The position numbers and the translations under genes were made by a program. A stretch of DNA of 63,996 nucleotides, the filler included, from Chrysochromulina tobinii (lineage: Eukaryota): the NCBI GenBank assembly GCA_001275005.1. It is 11 parts of 11 records of this genome, joined end to end, with 100 filler letters (N's around TTAATTAATTAA, not from the genome) between each part and the next. Parts side by side here need not be neighbours in the genome. Positions count along the whole stretch, not along the records: positions 54,022 to 56,316 come from JWZX01000158.1; positions 56,417 to 60,108 come from JWZX01000159.1; positions 60,209 to 62,308 come from JWZX01000162.1; positions 62,409 to 63,996 come from JWZX01000163.1; 7 more parts are not named here. One strand, written 5' to 3'. The notes below the pieces were generated by a model. It was not told the origin of the DNA and ran no database searches. It saw only the letters and a program-made list of their open reading frames with translations. This document shows, in pieces, positions 54,022-63,996 of the stretch (its first letter is position 1; each line of letters begins with the position of its first letter).

Positions 54022-56316
54022 GCCATAATGCCGCGCGCGATAGAGCTAGAAGCGGCGGTCCGAGATGTCATGTCCGGGGCGCGGCAGGCTATGCGCGCGA
54101 TGGCCGAGGAGCTAGGGACGGTGCCGCCCCATGCCGAGGTCGACGCGCTCCTCAAGGCTGTCCAGGCTGCTCGCCTTCACCGCTTCACGGCTGCTCCAAC
54201 GGCCAGAACAATCTGTCCCTCAAGGTCCTCGCCGACGCCGGGGCTAAGATCGACTGGCTGCCTCTGCAGGCGGCCGCGTCGAAGCCTACCGGAGATGCCG
54301 CGGCGGTGGCGGTAGGGCGCCAAGTGGCGATGACGATGCCATTCCTGATGATGGCGTACGCGGCACTTCATCCGTGGGACGACTCCGTGCGCCAGACTTT
54401 CGACCTGGTGATGGCGGCGATGGCGAGGGGCTACGGCAACTCGGGCGTGGCCTCGGCGGTCAAGAACGTCCTGCTGCCGTTCCTGCGCGCCCTAGAGGAG
54501 CAGATGGACACCTTCCAGAAGAGCGCGTCGGCTACGCTGCCCAAGCTCGCGGCGGTCTGGGCGAAAGTCGCCACGGTCGCGCCGACGAAGGCGTGGCTCT
54601 CGAGCGCGGAGTCGTCCTTCTCGACCGAGTCGAACAACTCCGAGAAGAAGGAGCTGCAGGTGCTCAAGACGGAGGTGCAAACGGCTCTCGCGGCGCTCAA
54701 GAAGGCGCAGGCGACGCCCAAGACGCCTTTCAAGCCGCCGGGCGCGCAGGTCAAGGCTCCGGAAGGGGAGAAGACCGCCAAGGAGAAGAAGGCCGCCAAG
54801 AAGGCGAAGAAGGCTCGGCAGGCGGCTCGGAAGGCAGCACGCGAGGCAGGTGAGACCGTCGGCGCGGATACCGCGGACGAGGCCGAGGAGGAGTGAGGCG
54901 GCCTCTCCCTTCCCGATGACGAGGGCCGGTTGCAAGGCGCGATTGGTCCTCCAGGCGGGAGTCACGACGAGATGGGCACGTCAGGCGCGGAAGCGACCGA
55001 AGTCGAGTTTCGGCTAGCCGTCATCGTCACTTCTGAGCTCGAGCTCGGAGGCGGCGTAGCGGCGACGATCGAGACGACGGACGCGAGGGGAGATGCCCCC
55101 GCGCTCGAGGCGCAGGCGAGCGCGCTCCATGGTGATAGGAGCGCTCAAGCACGCGCGGATCGAGGCGGGGAGGGGGCCGCAGCACTCAGCGGAGGAGAGA
55201 GCGGCGGTCCAGAGGATGGCGGTGGTACTAGGCGGCCTCTAGGTAGGCAGACGCGTGAACCACAGAGAGAGGGAGATCTCGCCGAGGCGGAAAGGCAGGC
55301 AGAAGCGGTCGCGCACGCGCAGCGCGCGCTCGCGACAGTCCGCCTGGAAGCGTTCGCCCAGGTCAACGTGCTCGACCAGAGCGCCGAGAACCGAGCGACG
55401 CGGCGAGAGATCAAGGAGGCGGGGCGGGACGAGCAGCGCCGGCGCATGCATCTGTATCTGCGCGCGGCGACGCACGACCCGCCCCCAGAGAGGCAGGCAA
55501 CCCGACGGGTGGCCTTCGACGCCGGTCCTAGCCGGTCCGAGCGCACCGATCCGAGTGCCAAAGCCCGGCAAGCGGCGGCCCTTCCAGGTCGCGCCCGCGG
55601 AGGCGAGCGCATTCTGTGTGCCCGAGACGGCGCCAGCGCGTCCGACGGAGACGGGCGGCGACGAGGGGCGCGAGGGGGAGCCGGGGGCACCTACCCCCCC
55701 GAGGGCGAGTCAAGCGGGTGACCGCAAGACGACCAAGGGACCACCCGTCGAGACCGGCGGGGCACTTACGGGGCAAAGACGCGAGGCGAAGGCGCAGGAA
55801 GTGCCGACGCTTGTGGAGTCGGATTCACCCAGGAAGCAGCGGCGCTTCGTCGTCCTGTTCGCGGGGCGCGAGCGGCCGTACAGCCTGCGAGACGCGCTGC
55901 AGCGCCTCGGCTGTCGGGTCGACACTTACGAGCTTCTCGACGGACCCGAGCAGGACCTGTCGAGGCCCACCGTGGGAAGCGCCCGACGTTCTCCCTGCGC
56001 AGCCACACGGCGGCGACGCCGGCGGAGCTCGCGAGCAGGCCGGTGGCGCGGATGAACGCGCCGGTGGCGACGGTGGAGACGTGCGCGCCGCCCGTGCAGG
56101 CGGCTGGTCATCCGACCGTACGCAGCATCAACGACCTGCTCTACCCGAGCTGGGCGAAGCGGGTGACGCACTGGCGACGACAGATGCGTCGGTGCCTCAC
56201 CCTCGCCGAGTACGGCGACTGGAGAGCAGCGCGGCGGATGCGGCCGGCAGACCTCCTCGTCCCGAGCGAGGCGATGCTGCCCGCGGTACGCGCGTGGGAG
56301 TGGGATCTCCGCCCGT
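54022..56316 (+). mobile_element. Probable degenerate retroelement fragment (gag-like ORF, then a methyltransferase-like start; DIRS-like)
   Basis: Intronless overlapping frameshifted ORFs; basic coiled ORF 54306-54896; FVVLFAG..L..LG..V..YEL..DL; no RT seen in the fragment. Confidence 0.4.
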
Positions 56317-56416
56317 NNNNNNNNNNNNNNNNNNNNNNNNNNNNNNNNNNNNNNNNNNNNTTAATTAATTAANNNNNNNNNNNNNNNNNNNNNNNNNNNN
56401 NNNNNNNNNNNNNNNN
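56317..56416. other. Artificial contig linker
   Basis: 44 N + TTAATTAATTAA + 44 N. Confidence 0.99.
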
Positions 56417-58801
56417 GGGCTCCCACTTAGTGAACGGGGCGCGGATATGTAAATTGGTTTCGAATACTCTAATGGCTAGGGGGGGGGGAGAGGCGCGTCC
56501 CTGTTTTACGCGGAGCGCGGCGCTCAACTTACGCGCATCATGGCGCTTCTCATCAGGGCCGATGGAATAAGATGCAGACCTCAGCCTCAAGCAGCGCACA
56601 GGGCAACGGCGCCGTCTTGGGCGTTATGCTCCCCCATACATGTACTGAAGAGATTTGGACAATAGTTACGCTAACACTTGTTACAAAAGGAACGCGTTCC
56701 GCTAACACTCGTGTTGCAGCACGAAGCAACAATGCCTTTCAGGCCTTCGCGCAAAGGTATCCGTCTGCACAACCGTTGGCCTGGCCCCGAGCGCTGACGC
56801 ATGGTCTCGCGCGCTCCCATGCCCAGCGCCGTGCCGCGCGCGCGCGCGCGTGGCGCCAGCCCCGCAGCGCCCGCGTCACTCAATTGCGCTGGGCACGCCC
56901 GCGCCAAGCACTGCGCTGGGCGCGGACGCGCGCGAGCCAACCCAGTGGCCGCACGCCGGCGATCGATATCGCGCCACTCATCGCGCGCTACCCGCCCGCC
57001 TGCCTTCCTACGCAGACTACATCCTGAGACTTCAAGACATCGAGAACCCGGGAGCCTCGAGATCAATGCTGCGCCTTCTGCTCGTCGCATTACCACTCGT
57101 CGTCGCCTTGCTGGCGGCGTTCGACGCACAGGGGATCAACGCCCTTCAGTTCGAGGTTAAATATCCGCTTCAGTTCCAGGTGCGATCTCCGCCCAAGTCC
57201 CGCCCTCTTCGCCCCCAGCCGCCACGCGAGCTCAACACGATAGCCCAACCACAGCACACTCCACTCCGCTCGCATACCACCCGCCAAGCGCACACATCAC
57301 AATGGACGCGCCACGGCACTAGAATGCGGGCAAGACGATCCACCCCACGATCTACTTCGTCACCAACCAACATCCACAGGTGTGCCCCCCAGCCCGGCCG
57401 GCCGCCACGCATGCGGCGCAGCTTCGGTCGGCCCTGCCGCTGCGCGCGCAAGGCCGCTGCGCATGCTGCAGGCGCACGCGCACGAGGCCGCGCGCGTGCG
57501 ATGTCCGCTCCCGCGCCTGCCCGACTCCGTAGACTCCGCGCCCGCCGCGAGGCGCGACGCCACTTGCGCTGGCCATCGGCACGTGTCGAGCCCGCCGCCT
57601 CGCCTGTTTTGCTGACGGCTTGCGCGTTGCTCCCCCGGTGCAGGCAGCCGCAGCTGCGTGCGGTCGGACTCGACGGCCACCGCGCACTCGACATCTCCGT
57701 CACGACCGGCAGGCGCGACGTCGACACCACGGTCACGAGGATCCGGCCGCCGGCACGCCTGCGGGCTCTGCCACATGGCCCAGGCGGCGAGGAGCATGTG
57801 CCTGTGAAAGCTGTTCCTGTGAGCCGGGCACGGTCGTCCTCGAGGCTGCGGCCCCGTCGGCGCTCTGCTCGACCCGCTCCTCACCATCGAGTACGGCCCC
57901 GTCGACTCCGTCCTGGTCATCGGCGCCATGACCTCCGCAGCAAGCACCACCGCGGCCTCCACGCCGGCGCCGCCTCTCGCAACGGGTCCACCACATCACG
58001 GCCTCTCGCGCGACGACAGCCCACACTCATCCGTGTAGCACTCACCTGCATCTACACTGCACGCACCTCACACTCGCGTCACCGCCTGCCAATCGTAGCC
58101 CGCTTCCACTCCACCGCCCGTGCCCCAGCTGACACGTTTCTCGTTCGTTCGCGCAGCCCTCGCACGACAAGACCTTCTCGTCGCCCACCGCGGTCGGCGA
58201 GACCCCTGGTTCGTCCTACCAGCTTCATGAGGACAACAATGCCTCGGCCGCCGCCGGCCAAGGCGCTACGCAAGATGAGCCGCTTGCGGTGCGCTCAATC
58301 ACTGCACACGAATGCGAGCCAAGCCAGGCGCCCGCAGCCTGCAGGCCCCGCGCCCCCGCCCAGTACGGCGCCCTCGTTGCAAAGGGGACGCGTGTGGCCA
58401 TCGCCATGATCGCCCCTGCCTCCACGCGTGCCACCGCGCGATGATCGCCCCTGCCTCCATCGTCTGCGTAGCATGTCCACGCCACGTAGCCGTGCTCTCC
58501 GAATGAGCTCACGGCCGTGCGATCGTACGCTGCTATCCCTCGCCCACAGGTGCATTTGGGCAAGACAACCGCCGCCTCGATGGCGATCCAATCGGACGAG
58601 ACGTACTTGAGCAAGCTCGCCACGATCAATGGCAACCCTGGATTGCTCTACCAGCGCCACGAGGGCAACGCATCGGCCGCTTCTTCCGAGCAGGTGATCG
58701 CCAGCAGTACCGAATAGCGGCCGCGGCGTGCTCTCGCCGCCGCTCAACGGCCCGTCTCTCTCACCTCTGGCCGCGGCGACCTCTCTCGCCTCCGCCTCAA
58801 C

Positions 58802-60108
58802 GTGCCCGTCTCTAACGTGCCCGTCCTGGTCGTTGACCTGGCCCTTGCCCACGCTCCGCAGACGCGGTCCTACGTCGATATCATCGTCTCCATCGCGGTG
58901 GATTTCGCCGCCGTGGCAACGGCCGTTGAGTCGTCGGTCGCTGCGATCCTCACCTGCATGTGGGTGGAGCGCTTCGACGGCGCACTCGTACTGCTCAGGC
59001 TCGGGTTGCTCGGGTTCATCTTCGTTGCAGTTTGCTCGGAGCCGGATCGGTCCGGCCGGAACAAGCGCTCCGCGATTTTGTCTAAAACCAATCGCTCCTA
59101 CCGAAACAAGTGGTTCGAACTGGCCTTGCTCGCGCACTTGGTCCCGCGCGTCGCCGACGCACTTCTTCCCCACCGTCATGTCCCACACACCCACTTACCT
59201 CATACGCATTACCCGCCTCCGCCTCCACCGCCTCCCCCATCACCGCCGTCGTCACCGCCGCCTTTGCCGCCTTCGCCACCGATGCCGCCGATGCAGCCGC
59301 AGCTCGAGCCGGGCGAGTGCGCTGTCGTCTACATGAAGGCAACAGACCCCACTGAGATTGGGATCGTGCTCTTCGATCATCTCTTTCCCGGCGATACGAT
59401 CTACATTACCGACAACCAGTTACAACCTGCAGCAGGAGGCTGCAACGAGTTATGCTCCTACGCCTCCGACGGCAATTGCGACGATGGTGGCCCCGGCGCC
59501 GAGTCCGTTTTTTGTGCCAGGGGCACCGACTGCACCGACTGCGGCCCTCGCCCTTATTGGTCTTGGTCTTTCAACGAGGGGCACATGATGTATACAGCCC
59601 CCACGCAGAGGCCCCCCGGCACCGTCCTCACCTTGAGCAACTTTGTGGCGGCCCCCGGTGCGCCGAACATTTCATTGGAATACAGAGACGAGCTCATCGT
59701 CTACCGGATTGGTCTGGGGCGAACCCGGGACAACCCCACATTCCTATGCGGCCACTGCGGCAAGATTTCTTGCATCGAAGGCACATTCCCAGGAGACCCG
59801 TGCTTTGACCCGTGCGGCTTTAGCAACATCCCAGGTGGCATCTCGAGCTTCCCACCGGGCGTGTGGAACCACTTCAACCGAAACATCGAGAGCCACTACA
59901 ACTCGAGCGCGACGGGTTTGGCGGGGTATGCCCCCACGTCGGGCTCCAGGGCTGAGCTGCTTGCTGCCATTGGCAACCGCACCAACTGGTTCTTCCTCTA
60001 CATTAATGTCGGCGATACGAGACCCATTCGGGATGTCGTCCCCGCCGGTGGGTATCGCATCACCAACCTCCCTCCGTCGATGCCGCCCCCCCCCTCTCCG
60101 CCGCCGAG
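58802..60108 (+). CDS. Poly-Pro surface protein exon with a CDDGGPG Cys-rich module inside a beta-rich extracellular domain; 5' structure unclear, 3' truncated
   Basis: LEPGECAVV..DPTEIGIVL..GDTIYITDN, CNELCSYASDGNCDDGGPGAESVFCARGTDCTDCGPR, EGHMMYTAP..PGTVL, SGSRAELLAAIGNRTNW. Confidence 0.6.
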
Positions 60109-60208
60109 NNNNNNNNNNNNNNNNNNNNNNNNNNNNNNNNNNNNNNNNNNNNTTAATTAATTAANNNNNNNNNNNNNNNNNNNNNNNNNNNNNNNNNNNN
60201 NNNNNNNN
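60109..60208. other. Artificial contig linker
   Basis: 44 N + TTAATTAATTAA + 44 N. Confidence 0.99.
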
Positions 60209-62308
60209 CGTCAGCGTGGACTTCGGGTTGCTCGGGTGCCGTGGCCTCGAGGTCCATGTTCGCAAAGAGTCCGCCCTGGAGCATGACGCGTTCAGCGAGC
60301 TGGCCGCCGTAGGTGATGCCTTCCTTGCGTCGCGCATAGAGGGCGGCGATGAGCGAGCGCGCGACCGTGAGTGCTTCGGGCTGCTTAGCCATCGAGGCCA
60401 CGCACGCGATGCGGTGCTGGAAGAGGCTGAACCGCAGCTGGACGCCGGCGACGATGTAGGACGTGGCGCCGGCGATCTGCTGCGTCTCCTTGCCGGCCGT
60501 GCATATCTTCTTGGGCGCGATCTCCGGCTTGCACAGGGCATCGGCCGCGGCTTGCAGCTTGATGCCGCTCAGAATGTCGGCGGGCAGGGGCGCGTCGACG
60601 TCGAGGAGCTCTGGCACGTAGTCACGCGCCAGCTGCACGATGTGCTGCTCCATCGTGAGCGTGACGATGGAGCCGTCGGCAGACCATGCGAGCGCGTAGC
60701 CATTCCACGAGAGCGGCTTATACTTGATGGTGACGTCGTCGTCGCCGTAGCTCTTCTTGAAGTGCGCGATGAGGCGCTCCGTCAGGACGCGGTTGCGCCC
60801 ACCAGTTTCCTTGTAGAGGATGTCGTCAACGTTGGTGATGATCACGAGGAAGCTGTCCACGTTCACGTCTTCCATGAACCAGGCGCCCGGCACCGTGAGG
60901 GACTCGGTCATGCCTGCCTCGACGAGGCGCTTGTTGCGGTCCTGCTCCCATTCGTTGCCCGCAGCGGCCTCTCCCCAGATTGGGGCGCCGAGCTTGTAGC
61001 AGAGCTGGTCGCCCTCATCGTCGTACATCTTCTCGTAGGTCTCCATGAAGCCAACGTCGCGGAGGCGCGCAGCCTTGGGATACGCGTTCTTGAAGTCCGT
61101 GGACGTGACGTCGTTCGGGACGCGGCGGAGCTTCGGGTTTTTGGCCATCAGCTCGCGCAGTGTGGTCGCTTGCGCTTGCTCGTCTTGGCCATCTCGCCAA
61201 GGGAGGACGCGGCGTCCCTGCTCATCTTGAACGTCGCCGAGGGTTGCCGTCGAGAGCATGAGCTTGAACTGCAGGTTGTCCGAGATCGTCGCGTGCGTGG
61301 CCGCATAGTCCTCAACGCCCCTCGCGATCTGGATGCGCTTGACTTGGTCACCGGCGGAGCAGAGCCTGGACTTGAACTTGAGCAGTTCGTGTGTCACGGG
61401 ATCCTTCTTCACGGAGTCCTGCATCACGACCGGGGAGATGATCGCGCCGAGCGCCTTGGCTACCTTGCGCTTCTCCATCGTGTTCAGCGGGTTCGAGAGG
61501 ACGGATTCGTGAGCCGCTTGATGCGAGAGGCGCCATGCAGCTTCGTTCGGGTCGGCCTTGAGCGCGCGCTCGTTCTTGGGGATGGTGATCGTGTACCACT
61601 CACCGCTCGCCGACTTGACGTCGACGATGTTCTTGAGCGCCTTGGAGACCTCGAGATCGTCGGCTAGCTCGGTGGCGCTCACCTCGGCCTGGAACGGGTC
61701 GATCTTGTTGAGGGCGCACTCGAGCTGGTGGATGTGCTCGCGTGCCTTGTCAAGCTCCTCGATCGACTGCACCTCGATCGGCACGACGTGGCCGAGCCAT
61801 TGGTGCGCGATTGCATTGAAGGTGTCGATGGCCGCAGTCTCCGAGAGCCCTGGGAGGACGCGCTCGAGCGCGGCCGAGACCGGCATTGCCAGCCCGGTCG
61901 ATCGCAGGACTCGACGTGGCGCCCCCTGCTGCAGCGCGATCACTGGGGCGATGGGCGCGGCAGGCACGGGTGCAGCAGCGGCAGGCGAGGGCGCGTTGAG
62001 CAGCCGCCACGGCTGGTGCTGCGAGGTGAGGTCAAAGAGTTTGCCCTTCCACTTCGGATCGTCGGCCCAGCTCGTGTCGTCCCAGCTCAGCTCGGTGAAC
62101 ACCTTGCCCGACTCTTGCTTGTGGGACTTGGTGACCGTGGCCGGGAACCATGTAGGCTTCTGCTTGTCCGTGTCGAAGCACATTTCGAGTCGCGTGCCAT
62201 CAGGCAGCGGCTCGTAGCCCGCCTGGATGATGATCGGGGCGGGCGGTGGCTTCGGCGGGGCAGCGAGCACGAGCGGCGCGTAGGTCGCATCGTCGTCCGT
62301 CTGCACTT
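60209..62308 (-). mobile_element. Ty1/copia-like LTR retrotransposon pol fragment (RT to the start of RNase H)
   Basis: KFKSRLCSAG, DFKNAY, CYKLGAPIWGEAAAGNEW, IITNVDDIL, LTMEQHI, GITYGG..VHAD; uninterrupted frame across the contig. Confidence 0.8.
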
Positions 62309-62408
62309 NNNNNNNNNNNNNNNNNNNNNNNNNNNNNNNNNNNNNNNNNNNNTTAATTAATTAANNNNNNNNNNNNNNNNNNNNNNNNNNNNNNNNNNNN
62401 NNNNNNNN
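62309..62408. other. Artificial contig linker
   Basis: 44 N + TTAATTAATTAA + 44 N. Confidence 0.99.
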
Positions 62409-62496
62409 GGGCGGAAGTGGAGTGTGGGGAACGCTCGAGAGCCCAGGAGAAAAATGGGGAGAGAAAAGGCTTCCTTTTTTCCCTCCCAGGGCTCTA

Positions 62497-62741
62497 CCTC
62501 CTCTTTCTTCCTTCCCTCCCTTTCCCTCCCCCTTTTTCTTTCTTCTTCCTCCTCTTTCTTCCTTCCCTCCCTTTCCCTCCCTCTTTCTCTTTCTTCTTCC
62601 TCCTCTTTCTTCCTTCCCTCCCTTTCCCTCCCCCTTTCTCTTTCTTGATCTTCCTCCTCACTCGTTCTTTTTCGTCTGGCTGCGTCCGCGACGGGCGGCG
62701 TCCGCGACGGGCGGCGTCCGCGACGGGCGGCGTCCGCGACG
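62497..62741. repeat. 51-bp pure-pyrimidine tandem repeat (x3) followed by 16-bp GCGTCCGCGACGGGCG (x about 3.7)
   Basis: Units start at 62497, 62548 and 62599; the 16-mer starts at 62682. Confidence 0.85.
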
Positions 62742-63043
62742 ACCTTCCTCCTCCCACCATCCCTGCCTCCCTCCCTCTCTCTATCGAGACCAACCTTACT
62801 ACCGTAAACGTCGAGCGAAATTGAGAAGCCCGAGCACAATGACGGTGAAAGTGATGAAGAAGATACTTCAAACCCCGTAGGTTCTAACCCTGGTCCAGTT
62901 GGAGCGAGTATTCTGTACTTGTGTTGACCGAGGGGAGTGGAGCCGTCCTTGGAGACGGTGGTGTGGTGAGATGACTGAATGAAAGTCTGTTTTTACCCAA
63001 CCTCAACCTCTGACACTACTGTACGTATGTCCCCTGCGCGCGA

Positions 63044-63310
63044 TTGTTGGCCGACGCCCGAAACGAAAGGTTCCCGGTCTTCACTGTGTCCTGTTTCGCT
63101 GTTAACAAGAAAGCCCAAAGGGTCATCACCACCTTTGGCGGCATTGGCCCCGCCACCATCTGGCACTTTATTGACTCCATCTACGCCACCTCCTCCTCCC
63201 TCGCCAACCTCAACCTCACCTCCTCCCACGCCGTCGCCACCCGGAAAGCCCACTTCCTCGCCGCCTTCCACGCCGCCCTCATCCGATCCTCCTACGCCAT
63301 GCTCACCCTC
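63044..63310 (+). mobile_element. Possible 3' end relic of an RLE-type (CRE-like) non-LTR retrotransposon ORF
   Basis: VITTFGGIGP..FLAAFHAALIRSSYAML resembles the ETFGG.G..LS.AL.RGNA terminal motif. Confidence 0.35.
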
Positions 63311-63603
63311 CATACCCAAGCTCCACCCCCAGCCCAGCCCGCCCACACCCCCGCCCCGCCACGGAACGACACCCCATCACCCGCGCCATCAATCCCGACC
63401 ACCGACGACGACGACGACGACACGCCTCGCCGAACGACGACTACCACTCCCGGGCGTACCTGAGTGTGCGTACCGGGACTCCTCTCTTTCTCGGTTGCGG
63501 CAACGCAACAACGCGGCCTAGGCCCTATGGGTAAGGCGCGTCGGGCCTGATAGTGGACGGGTGATCCCTGGGCACCCCCACTCGCTCAACCCCCTCGCGG
63601 CGT

Positions 63604-63975
63604 AGGAACCCGATCTGAGATGGATCGATGGCCCTGCTGCGAGGGACGGGAGGACGTAGGACGATAAGCGAGCGGGGCTTAACTCGGTCCGACCGATCCC
63701 CTGAGGATCAGCGGCCGATCGAGGAATTGACCTCGAAGCCCCGCCCCAACTCCGAACCTGCCCTTTCTTTTTTTTCCTTTTGGAGCCCCGCATCGCAGGA
63801 ACCCGATCTGAGTTGGATCTACGGCCCTGCTGCGAGGGACGGGAGGATGTAGGACGATAAGCGAGCGGGGCTTTACTCGGCCCGACCGTTCCCCTCAGAG
63901 GATCGGCAGCCGATCGGGGACTTGACCTCGAAGCCCCGCCCCAACTCCGAACCTGCCCTTTCTTTTTCTTTTTTG
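63604..63975. repeat. Two about 193-bp tandem copies of a structured GC-rich unit ending in a T-tract
   Basis: AGGAACCCGATCTGAG..GAAGCCCCGCCCCAACTCCGAACCTGCCCTTTCTTTTT starts at 63604 and 63797. Confidence 0.85.
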
Positions 63976-63996
63976 TGCCAACTGGGCACCATCGGC

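Noticed and set aside
56850..58409. 519-aa Arg/Pro-rich ORF
   Set aside because: Low-complexity read-through of probable introns and decayed exons; only MLRLLLVALPLVVALLAAF (from 57066) looks like a real signal peptide and no gene model could be supported
2301..62408. Regularly recurring TTAATTAATTAA palindrome
   Set aside because: Always centred in an exact 100-nt N block; an assembly linker, not biology. Cross-contig synteny (e.g. PKS next to the EEP gene) is therefore meaningless
62357..62880. Glu/Arg/Lys-rich or Phe/Pro/Ser-rich ORFs
   Set aside because: Translations of the pyrimidine tandem repeat
63690..63745. Hammerhead ribozyme (CTGAGGA core-like)
   Set aside because: No GAAA partner, and the CTGANGA is not kept in the second copy
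1..63996. rRNA, tRNA or prokaryotic operon/defence island
   Set aside because: No recognisable rRNA or tRNA found by eye; spliceosomal introns and eukaryote-specific genes argue against a prokaryotic origin

Overview
This is not a contiguous locus. It is 11 short contigs of a GC-rich, intron-containing eukaryotic genome joined by 10 artificial 100-nt linkers (44 N + TTAATTAATTAA + 44 N), so neighbourhood arguments hold only within a contig. Gene content and style (AT-less modular type I PKS, NACHT-LRR, AP2-domain protein, poly-Pro surface proteins, TGCCTCTGAT-type intron repeats) suggest a haptophyte alga such as Chrysochromulina or Prymnesium; this is inference. Recognisable genes: CCR4/nocturnin-like EEP phosphatase, PKS module (KS-DH-KRs-MT-KR-ACP-ACP), EF-hand/WW protein, TPR protein, PAF1, ankyrin protein, PDRG1, membrane ADP-ribosyltransferase, lectin multidomain protein, CS-domain protein, SAM methyltransferase, 2OG-Fe(II) oxygenase, NLR-like protein, PPIL6, HRDC-PIF1, hybrid histidine kinase, EcKL-like kinase, zinc-knuckle PHAX, AP2 protein, DUF445, RAP-domain protein, ChaN-like protein and an SLC35A transporter, plus copia, probable DIRS-like and non-LTR retroelement fragments. 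Best leads: (1) a receptor-like membrane protein with a cytosolic R-S-E ART domain, followed by an unannotated PARP-domain relic and a paralogous membrane gene; (2) a bacterial-type TPR protein fused to a phage-like WYL_2/SH3-barrel domain; (3) an LRIRGG|MGAGAS junction suggesting a deubiquitinase-cleaved polyprotein; (4) an AT-less PKS module with MT in the ER slot and a Tyr-to-His KR. All domain calls are by eye from motifs, with no database search.
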